Below the pieces are notes generated by a model, which ran no database searches, was not told where the DNA came from, and worked only from the letters and a program-made list of their open reading frames with translations. The translations under genes were made by a program, and so were the position numbers. From assembly GCA_964421865.1 (NCBI GenBank), contig CAYQZH010000002.1, positions 1-51,015 of the forward strand: a stretch of DNA of 51,015 bases. The letters run 5' to 3'. Positions within the stretch are counted from its first letter, which is position 1. Every line of letters begins with the position of its first letter. Source of the stretch: an uncultured Phycisphaera sp. Lineage in GTDB: Bacteria > Planctomycetota > Phycisphaerae > UBA1845. Below, piece by piece: positions 44,544 to 51,015 of the stretch.

Positions 44544-44603
44544 AGGGTGGCGATTCTGACACGATTGGGATGGAAGAGGGTGGCGATTTTGAAATCACCC
44601 CTC
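44544..44603. repeat. iteron-like direct repeats AGGGTGGCGATTYTGA x2 spaced 33 nt, the second embedded in an imperfect palindrome, next to an AT-rich patch
   Basis: The repeats are agggtggcgattctga (44544-44559) and agggtggcgattttga (44577-44592). The sequence GGGTGgcGATTTtgAAATCACCC (44578-44600) is an inverted repeat. The AT-rich patch ttatgtttatctata lies at 44530-44544. Confidence 0.6.
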
Positions 44604-44689
44604 CCTGACTCAAGAATCGATCCGCCGCCTTCGCTCCGCTCCATGCCAGATTGACCGCCGCCCTCGCCCCCACGGTCGCCGCGGTCGTC

Positions 44690-45310
44690 TCAGTCTGGCA
44701 GGGCAGGTATCCCCAGACCGTGGCTGATGCCAAGCTGCTTCTGGAAACGGCACTGGAGGTCTGCAAGGAATAGAGGGCCGGGAGGCCCCCAACCGCAACC
44801 CGAAACGCCGCGTGGCGGGCCGTCGCAATCGATGCAGGGTTGGCGCCCAGCCAGCGGCTGACGACCGCGCGTTTCTGGCGATCGAGTCGCACATCCTTGG
44901 CGGAGCATCGCGCGCCTACATGTGGAAGCTGGAGGACGACTGCTCGCTCGGAGAATGCCGGCACTGGCGCGGCGAGGTCCACGGTGCCTTCCCGTCTCCG
45001 TTCTGGAGCGACCTGTCGGCCGCGCTGCGGGGAGAGACATAGGTTCGGCCTCCCACCCAGCGCGATAGCGGCGCTTTCGTTTGCCCGCCTTGTTCGCAGG
45101 CCGCCGGCGATTGCCCTGCTCCCCGCCGGGCTCGCCGACGCCGCCGAGAACGGCGTCGAGGTCCTCCTGGAGATACAGGCGGAACCCGGTGACCGGGTGG
45201 CGGCGCGCCTTGAGCTTCCCGGCGGCGTCCCACCTCCGAAGCGTGTCCTTTGACACGCCTAGGTACGATGCCGCCGCGCCGACCGTGAGGTAATCGCTCA
45301 GTTTCTTCAT
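44690..45310 (-). CDS. excisionase/MerR-type helix-turn-helix protein; only the first ~65 codons are convincing
   Basis: The N-terminus MKKLSDYLTVGAAASYLGVSKDTLRRWDAAGKLKARRHPVTGFRLYLQEDLDAVL is the classic excisionase-family HTH. The remainder (GEQGNRRRPANKAGKRKRR...) is basic low complexity and may be read-through or decay. Confidence 0.55.
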   Translation of the reverse strand: MKKLSDYLTVGAAASYLGVSKDTLRRWDAAGKLKARRHPVTGFRLYLQEDLDAVLGGVGEPGGEQGNRRRPANKAGKRKRRYRAGWEAEPMSLPAARPTGRSRTETGRHRGPRRASAGILRASSRPPASTCRRAMLRQGCATRSPETRGRQPLAGRQPCIDCDGPPRGVSGCGWGPPGPLFLADLQCRFQKQLGISHGLGIPALPD

Positions 45311-45703
45311 CCGCCAGGGTCCCGACAGGCTACCTCAGCACCATTATGCAGACCCAGGCCACCGCCGCAACGGACGAGGGGCTCGCCCGGGGGCGGGCCT
45401 TCCCCTCCGCATCCCCCTCACCCTGCCCCACGGCACCGATACCCCATTTCCGATCGTTTCCCGGCCGCCGGCGGGGGATACGGGACGCCGATCCACGCCC
45501 CCCTGTCGAAGGCTACGCGCTGCTTCCCCCCATGCGGACCGCCGGCCTTCCCTTCGCCCGCGCCGGTGTCCCAGAGTCCCCTGCGGCGCGGCCCGACGCC
45601 CGCCTCATCCCCGTCGGACGGCACGCCCCGATAACGACGGGGCACGGCCAGCCAGCGTCCGGAGGAGTTTCCGTAGGCACCCGTCCGCCGGGCGCCGGCG
45701 GGT

Positions 45704-45934
45704 ATGTCCCCGGACCGCCTTCGGCTTGCCATGGAACTGCTCGGCGGGGTGACGCAGGGGGAGTTGGCGCGGGCCAGCGGCCTCAGCCCCACGACCATAT
45801 CGCTCTTCCTCGCCGGCAAGCGAAAGCTGCGGCCCGCGATGGAGGTCAGGCTCATCGAGGGGCTGGAGCGGGCGTTCAGGCAGCGGCAGTGCCGCCTCGA
45901 CACGGCCTTCTTCTCCGCCGACCGCGCGCGATGA
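45704..45934 (+). CDS. XRE-family helix-turn-helix regulator (76 aa)
   Basis: The pattern LRLAMELLGGVTQGELARASGLSPTTISLFLAGKRKLRPAMEVRLIEGL is HTH_XRE-like. It is divergent from the excisionase-type gene, separated by a 393-nt gap. Confidence 0.6.
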   Translation: MSPDRLRLAMELLGGVTQGELARASGLSPTTISLFLAGKRKLRPAMEVRLIEGLERAFRQRQCRLDTAFFSADRAR

Positions 45935-46326
45935 CGGGACGCGCCGCCGCGATGCCGACGCCCGGCCCACTCCCGCATAGACTCAGCTACGGCCGCGCCG
46001 GGGGGTCGCCCGTCGCGGAACAGTTCCGCGTTCAGGTTCGAGCGCGGACTGGCCGTACGCGTCGCCGGCAGTCCAGCCTCGGATCACGAATCGGGCTGTG
46101 GCGTCGTCAGCTCACACATTCCGTCGTGCGTCCTCGGCAGGCTTGGAAAAAGCGGGTAATGACACATGGAGACAGGGCACACCCTGCTTGATGTTGCCCC
46201 ATTGTGTCGCTCCCCACAACGAATGGCGGTCTCCCGTCCACACCTGCCGAAGGCCCGCCGTGGTCGCGGCGCGGGAACCGCGCGTCGGCGACGGAGTTCG
46301 CCCGCGAAACCGTGTATGATGCCGCC

Positions 46327-46565
46327 ATGACACCGGCGGCCACGACGAATGGAGCCGTGGAGGACACCATCGAACGGGTGACCTACCACGACGCCGACAA
46401 CGGCTTCGCCGTCCTCCAGCTCGACGTCAGGGGCCGTCGGGACCCGGTGACGGTCGTAGGGTATCTGGCGTGCGCCGCCGCCGGGGAGTTCGTCGAGGCT
46501 TCGGGCCGATGGGTCATCGACAGGCAACACGGCCGGCAACTCCGGGCCGACTCGATGCGGACGAC
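46327..46565 (+). pseudogene. N-terminal ~75-codon fragment of a RecD2-like SF1 helicase
   Basis: The sequence VEDTIERVTYHDADNGFAVLQLDVRGRRDPVTVVGYLACAAAGEFVEASGRWVIDRQHGRQLRADSMR follows the RecD2 N-terminal pattern (G.VERI.F.N.ENGF.V......R....TVVG.....AGE.....G.W..H..YG.QF.A). No helicase motifs follow. Confidence 0.6.
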
Positions 46566-46567
46566 GC

Positions 46568-47047
46568 ACCCCCGAAGGCGGCACCGCCGGGGCCGAGGCG
46601 ATGCGTGAGGCAACGGCCTGGCTGATGGGGCAGAGTACCGGGCGACGATTGTGCGTGGTGATAACGGACGACGATTGGTGCGACACGAGCTACGCCACGG
46701 GACACATGCTGCACGGAGCGCGTTGCGGGGTTGAGTATGTCTTCATCGGGTTGGGCATGAGCCGGGAATCTTTGCTTGCCCGATGGCCGGCGGGACTGCG
46801 CGGCATCGGGTGCCCGGCGGACGCCCGGATTTCGGCGGAGCAGTCGCCCACGGTTGCGGGAGTTGTAGTGTGGGACTTGCTGGTTAGTCCCCAGCATGGG
46901 CGGCGGTTCGGCGGCGCAATCCGCCGGGCGGTCGTCCTACCCGCACGTTCACAGGCTAGTCTGACTACTCTCGCCGGGGCGTGTCCCGGCGGTAATGAAG
47001 TGAGGCGGCGCGATGGTAGTCGCCCGCCTCGTGGTCCGAACCTTTAA
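46568..47047 (+). pseudogene. possible C-terminal half of a vWA (CobT-like) protein, fused in another frame to the RecD2 fragment
   Basis: The frame of ORF 46601..47047 extended upstream reads PEGGTAGAEAMREATAWLMGQSTGRRLCVVITDDDW...GVEYVFIGLG. This resembles the vWA G-x-T and hydrophobic-TDG MIDAS blocks, but the N-terminal DxSxS part is absent. Confidence 0.35.
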
Positions 47048-47061
47048 GGGAGGTACGAACA

Positions 47062-47535
47062 ATGCAAGCATCTAATCCGACAGGCCCACCAGAGCAAGGG
47101 CAAGTCGCCGGCTTCCGGCGGTACGGGTTTGACTATGTGCGCCCGGAGGACAACGGCGATGAGTCGTGCAACGATCGCCGCGCCTATCGGGCGGAGTGCG
47201 TGCTGCGCTTTTACGAGTGGCTGAACGACGAGGACGCGCGCGAAGGTGACAGCGAAAGCGATCACGAAGGCGAGCCCGATATCGACGAGTCCACGCTCGT
47301 TGACCTGCTGACAGACGTACGGCACTGGACCGACCGCAACCGCGGTGCGCTGCTCGTCACCGCCGATCAGGCGTGGGCGAGCGCGTGCGACCGTCATGCC
47401 GCGGAGCGCGACCTCGACGAAGCGAAGCTCGCGGACGATCCCTACGGCATAGCAAACTCTGCCGTTGGCCGGACCATCATCGAGGAAGTCGTGGAGGAAG
47501 TTGCGACGGCGATCAGGGAAGGCGGTGCCAAATGA
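47062..47535 (+). CDS. hypothetical acidic protein (157 aa)
   Basis: The ATG lies behind aagggaggt. The sequence is ordinary and acidic (VLRFYEWLNDEDAREGDSESDHEGEPDIDESTLVDLLTDVRHWTDRNRGALLV). Confidence 0.65.
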   Translation: MQASNPTGPPEQGQVAGFRRYGFDYVRPEDNGDESCNDRRAYRAECVLRFYEWLNDEDAREGDSESDHEGEPDIDESTLVDLLTDVRHWTDRNRGALLVTADQAWASACDRHAAERDLDEAKLADDPYGIANSAVGRTIIEEVVEEVATAIREGGAK

Positions 47536-47735
47536 CTGTCACTCCCTATATCGTGGTGATGGAATCCGAGGAGTACGGGCGAGAGATGTTTCCGCGCGAC
47601 TCGTTGCGGGCCGCGATGCGAACGATCAAGCGCCTGCTGCTGAACGTGAACATTGGGGGAGACGGAGTGGAGCGGGTGATCGGCCTGCTGGTCAACCCAA
47701 CGATGGCGGAAGGCGGTGAATCCGATGGGAGATAG
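47532..47735 (+). CDS. small hypothetical protein (67 aa)
   Basis: There is an ATGA stop/start overlap with the previous gene. The sequence is MTVTPYIVVMESEEYGREMFPRDSLRAAMRTIKRLLLNVNIGGDGVERVIGLLVNPT. Confidence 0.5.
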   Translation: MTVTPYIVVMESEEYGREMFPRDSLRAAMRTIKRLLLNVNIGGDGVERVIGLLVNPTMAEGGESDGR

Positions 47736-47748
47736 ATGCGGAGTACTC

Positions 47749-48210
47749 ATGGTGACGCGGCGCGAAGATTACGAGCGCCTGGCGATGCAGGAATACTTCG
47801 AGAGCGAGGAGGGCGAAACCCTCGTCGAGCTTGAGGAAAGCGAAGCCAACTACGCCTATTGCAATGAGCTTGTGGAGTGGGCGGCCAAGGGCGCGATCTT
47901 CGTGGGCAATCACAACGAGGGCGGCTCCTACCCGGCGGGAGTTTTCGCGTCGGACGGAGAAAACTACGCCGAGAACAACGCCATCGACGGCGCGCCCGTG
48001 GTCTCGATCGACGATCTGACCGGAGCGCCGCACCAGGAGAGCTTAACGGCGGCGCGGTACTACGTTCTCGTTCATCGGAACGCCTGCAAGAAGCTGGGGG
48101 TTTGTGCGTGCTGCCACAGGCTTCCGGGCGAGTGCTACCGGGCCGCGAAGAATAGTCAGACGACCCCGGAAACAGCGACGGTAAAAGGAGGCGAGCGAGA
48201 TGGGTGCTGA
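47749..48210 (+). CDS. hypothetical acidic protein (153 aa)
   Basis: I set the start at MVTRREDYERLAMQEYFESEEGE behind GGAG; the ORF is open from 47716. The C-terminus carries a Cys cluster, CKKLGVCACCHRLPGEC. Confidence 0.6.
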   Translation: MVTRREDYERLAMQEYFESEEGETLVELEESEANYAYCNELVEWAAKGAIFVGNHNEGGSYPAGVFASDGENYAENNAIDGAPVVSIDDLTGAPHQESLTAARYYVLVHRNACKKLGVCACCHRLPGECYRAAKNSQTTPETATVKGGERDGC

Positions 48211-48826
48211 CCTGATTGTCCAATATCTGCCGTGGTGTCCGCTGACCGAAGAACAGGCGGAACAGGTGCGGGCGGTGATCGCACGGGCCGAGCCGACGGA
48301 CGACGACCGCGAGTTTGAGAACGTCGAAGAGTATCGCGGCTTACTGCTGAGCGCGTTCGTGGAGTATCTCCAAGGCGAGGGACGCCGGGACACGGTCGTG
48401 CTCCAACTGGAAGGGCAGAGCTATCCCGTGCTGTTCACCGCGGGCATGTCCTGGGGTGATGATCCCACGGATGCGTTCAACTGGATGGACCGGCTCAACG
48501 GCTGCGATGCAGTATATGACCTCCTGCGGCAGTTCGCGCTTAGGGCGTGTGCCGCCAAAACACCCGAGCCCAAGCGGGTGATCGTGGTGGTGAACGAGGG
48601 CTGCGCTCATGTATTCGAGGAACCCGACGGCGTTGATGTCACCATCGTCGATCGGGACGGAAGCTACCCCTACCTTTGCCCGGAGTGCGGCGTGACGTGG
48701 GGGTCGCAGTCGTGGGACGCCGACTCCGGGGTCGAGGCATACGAACCCACGGAGGCGGAGTTGGACGCGAACGATCCCATGATCTTGTGCCCGGATTGCA
48801 AGGCTGGAGAGGCGGTGACGCCATGA
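48200..48826 (+). CDS. hypothetical protein with C-terminal zinc ribbon (208 aa)
   Basis: The sequence is MGADLIVQYLPWCPLTEEQAEQVRAVIARAEPTDDDREFENVEEYRGLLLSAFVEYL... The C-terminal ribbon is YLCPECG...ILCPDCKAG. Confidence 0.65.
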   Translation: MGADLIVQYLPWCPLTEEQAEQVRAVIARAEPTDDDREFENVEEYRGLLLSAFVEYLQGEGRRDTVVLQLEGQSYPVLFTAGMSWGDDPTDAFNWMDRLNGCDAVYDLLRQFALRACAAKTPEPKRVIVVVNEGCAHVFEEPDGVDVTIVDRDGSYPYLCPECGVTWGSQSWDADSGVEAYEPTEAELDANDPMILCPDCKAGEAVTP

Positions 48827-49100
48827 ACCTTTGCACGGGCGACTGGGTGAGTTGGGATGCTCCGCAGTTCAAGGGCGTCCAACGTCCGACCCAAAGCGGC
48901 CAAAGTCTGTATGTGCCGCTGCGGATCAAAGCCGGGGAAGCACCTTCCCTCGGCGTAGAGAAACGCCTCCTCGGCCGACGAAGGGTCAGGGGGTTTTCCG
49001 CGTCAAGGACGACGATGCCGACGGCCTTCCGGGTTCTCGGAATGTCGCACAACCACGAGGGTCTAATCTGGATGAATCGGCATCCGGATGGTGAAGGATC
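48823..49100 (+). CDS. short hypothetical ORF; 3' end undefined
   Basis: There is an ATGA overlap with the previous gene. The sequence MNLCTGDWVSWDAPQFKGVQRPTQSGQSLYVPLRIKAGEAPSLGVEKRLLG looks real for about 55 codons. The ORF then runs as low complexity straight through the tmRNA gene, which is not credible. Confidence 0.3.
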
Positions 49101-49274
49101 CCGCGCCGGCGGACACTCGCGACGGCAATGTCGTCGTGCCCGCCGGGACCGAATCGGACGTCCCGGTGAAGCCCTGGACAGGCGTCCGGAGGCCGAAACG
49201 GGGCCGATCAGCCAGGAACCAGCCAGGAAGGCGAACCGGACGCGCGTAAGTCCTTATTATACAATAGGTTACAA

Positions 49275-49624
49275 TGGAGGCGGGGGGAATCGAACCCCCG
49301 TCCCGCGACGGCATTCAGGACGCTTCTACGTGCATAGTCGATCGTTTGTTTCTCGGGTTGGTGGACGCCGGTCGACAGGCTGCCACCTTCCCCAGCCCGA
49401 CTGTCTCTTACCCGCGCGCCGTCAGGCGGCGCACGCGGGCCAGCCTGCTGGTGTCGTCGGGCGAATTAGCAGGCGTCATCCGCGCGACGGGCTACGGGTT
49501 TTTACGCAGCCATGGCATACGAGTAGTTGCCATATAGTTTTTCGCCAGGTGTTTTACGAGGCCTCCTGACCACCTCGGCACGCCGCATTCCTTGCAACTC
49601 GCCCGGTCGAATCCAATCGCCCCC
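49275..49624 (-). ncRNA. ssrA: tmRNA (ssrA), ~350 nt, CCA not encoded
   Basis: The minus-strand 5' end is GGGGGCGATTGGATTCGACCGGG. The 3' end is GGACGGGGGTTCGATTCCCCCCGCCTCCA. The acceptor GGGGGCG/CGCCTCC contains the G3:U70 alanine identity pair, and the T-loop is TTCGATT. The internal tag frame GGC GAA AAA CTA TAT GGC AAC TAC TCG TAT GCC ATG GCT GCG TAA (49546-49502) encodes GEKLYGNYSYAMAA. Confidence 0.88.
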
Positions 49625-49683
49625 GGTCATCCCATCCATTATAGCATCGAAGAGGTCGGCACGCGACTGTGGATCAAACCCAT

Positions 49684-49767
49684 TGCGGCTGAGAGGAGTC
49701 GAACCTCCACGTCCTTTCGGACACTGGATCCTAAATCCAGCGCGTATGCCAATTCCGCCACAGCCGC
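49684..49767 (-). tRNA. tRNA-Leu, anticodon UAG (class II, long variable arm)
   Basis: The minus strand reads GCGGCTG TG GCGG AATTGGCATA CGCG C TGGAT TTTAGGA TCCAG TGTCCGAAAGGACGT GGAGG TTCGACT CCTCT CAGCCGC A. The acceptor has 7 bp, the anticodon loop is TT-TAG-GA, and the variable arm forms GTCC/GGAC. Confidence 0.9.
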
Positions 49768-49790
49768 TCATCAACCCCGCCGGGTCCCGG

Positions 49791-50942
49791 TTATAGGGAT
49801 CGGGCGATACGCAGAAACTCATTATACGCTGCGCGAGCCTCGGCAAGAGTGTCGCCGGCAAACTTCTCCATGAACGCACGGGCGATCTCAAAGGCGACGA
49901 CGTTCTCCACCACCACGCCGGCCGCGGGAACGGAGCAAACGTCGCTTCGTTCGTAATCGGACCGCTCGGACTGCTTGGTGACGAGGTTCACGCTATCCAT
50001 GCCTTGCAAGAGGGTACTGATCGGTTTCATGGCCGCTCGAAGCACGATCGGCTGCCCGTTGGTCATCCCGCCCTCTAACCCGCCCGCATTGTTCGATCGA
50101 CGGCGAAAGCCGAGCCTCGGGGTGTCGCGCGTTGCGGAGTCGTAGTCAATGGGATCGTGGACCTCGCTGCCACGTCGGGCCGCGGTCCCAAATCCACGTC
50201 CGATCTCCACGCCCTTGATCGCCTGGACTGATCCCACGGCCTGCATCAGTCGCCCGTCGAGTTTATCCTGCCAACGCATGCAGCTCCCCAACCCCGGCGG
50301 ATGGCCGCGAACTTGAACCTCGACAATCCCGCCCACGGTATCCTTGTTAATCTTCGCCTGGCGGATCGCGGCGATCATCCGTTCGGCCGCCGCCTGATCC
50401 GGACAGTACGCCTCATTGGCGGCGCGGGCGGCGCGAAGCGCAGCGATATCGGCTTCCTGCGGTACAGTCGCCGCCACGTCGTGGATTTGCACGACGTACC
50501 CGATCACCTCGATGCCGAATTCGCGGAGGAGAGACCGCGTCAAGGCCCCCGCGGCTACCCGTGCAGCGGTCTCTCGCGCCGACGCGCGTTCGAGCGTCTC
50601 CCGACAGTCGGTCGTCAGCCACTTCAGGCTGCCCGCCAGGTCGGCGTGACCGGGGCGCGGACGGTGGATCGGCGGGGCCTCGTCGATCCGCCAATCGCGG
50701 TTGGCGATTTGAAGGGCGATGGGTGAGCCGATCGTAACGCCGCGACGAACGCCGGAAAGGACAACCGCCTCGTCGCGTTCGATCTTCATGCGGCCGCCGC
50801 GACCATACCCGCCCTGACGGCGAGCAAGCTCTCCGTTGATGAGGGCGAGGTCGATCGTGACACCGGCCGGCATCCCCTCGATCAGCGCAATCAGGGCCTG
50901 ACCGTGGGATTCACCGGCGGTTCTGTAGTCGAGGGTCGGCAT
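49791..50942 (-). CDS. aroC: chorismate synthase
   Basis: The N-terminus MPTLDYRTAGESHGQALIALIEGMPAGV...LARRQGGYGRGGRMKIERDEAVVLSGVRRGVTIGSPIALQIANRDW is the chorismate synthase signature. The length of 383 aa is typical. Confidence 0.95.
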   Translation of the reverse strand: MPTLDYRTAGESHGQALIALIEGMPAGVTIDLALINGELARRQGGYGRGGRMKIERDEAVVLSGVRRGVTIGSPIALQIANRDWRIDEAPPIHRPRPGHADLAGSLKWLTTDCRETLERASARETAARVAAGALTRSLLREFGIEVIGYVVQIHDVAATVPQEADIAALRAARAANEAYCPDQAAAERMIAAIRQAKINKDTVGGIVEVQVRGHPPGLGSCMRWQDKLDGRLMQAVGSVQAIKGVEIGRGFGTAARRGSEVHDPIDYDSATRDTPRLGFRRRSNNAGGLEGGMTNGQPIVLRAAMKPISTLLQGMDSVNLVTKQSERSDYERSDVCSVPAAGVVVENVVAFEIARAFMEKFAGDTLAEARAAYNEFLRIARSL

Positions 50943-51015
50943 CTCTGCCTATGCTACGACGCTACGATCGCCATGACGAGCAGGGAAGAGATAGCGAAGG
51001 TGCCTCGTCCTTTCC

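Noticed and set aside
44536-45130. IS607-like serine recombinase: MerR-type HTH followed in another frame by ERAVVLQLPHVGARCSAKDVRLDRQKRAVVSRW, vaguely like the resolvase N-terminus (AVLYARVSSxxQ..DLxRQ)
   Set aside because: The match is short, needs a frameshift and an insertion, and nothing after it resembles the rest of a resolvase domain. It is worth a BLASTX, but I cannot support it as a feature.
45346-46191. 281-aa plus-strand ORF and antisense 186-aa ORF around the XRE gene
   Set aside because: They are P/R/G/A low complexity. The 76-aa XRE-type HTH ORF in the third frame is the only one with a recognisable fold pattern.
48676-49569. 297-aa ORF spanning the region up to and through tmRNA (also 49502..49891 on minus)
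   Set aside because: It overlaps a well-supported tmRNA gene. Only the stretch from ATG 48823 for about 55 codons looks protein-like. The minus-strand ORF merely contains the tag reading frame.

Overview
This is a 51-kb bacterial chromosome segment with a mosaic base composition. All calls were made by eye from the DNA and the supplied translations. No searches were run, so every family name is motif recognition and should be treated as a hypothesis. Block 1 (1-16.5 kb) is very G+C-rich; a spot count of 1201-1260 gives 44/60 G+C. It carries Cys-rich and acidic hypothetical proteins, a PDZ membrane protein, an HNH-AP2 endonuclease, a TM0106-type RecB-like nuclease, a radical-SAM enzyme, a decayed IS1634/IS4-like transposase next to a partial gene duplication, a YcaQ/AlkZ-family gene fragment, and several intergenic repeat families. 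Block 2 (~16.5-43.9 kb) has visibly lower G+C (25/60 at 17401-17460, 34/60 at 38041-38100) and is organised around one divergent promoter region. An ECF-type sigma factor heads a long minus-strand array: small proteins sharing an N-terminal motif, a DUF1566 protein, a translationally coupled envelope triad, and a pentapeptide-repeat protein clipped by an IS21 fragment. A Hanks Ser/Thr kinase heads a plus-strand array: an HPD-less J-like giant zinc-ribbon membrane protein, a GrpE-like protein, a long Hsp70, a TPR/TM/coiled-coil protein, a lidless Hsp70 and an FHA protein. This kinase/FHA/ECF-wired accessory Hsp70 machine is my best candidate for an undescribed system. Block 3 (43.9-51 kb) is G+C-rich again. 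It looks like the remains of an integrative element (excisionase-type HTH, XRE HTH, iteron-like repeats, RecD2 and vWA gene fragments, small acidic ORFs) lying against the 3' end of tmRNA, followed by tRNA-Leu(UAG) and chorismate synthase as core anchors. I found no CRISPR array, no rRNA and no intact transposase or integrase.
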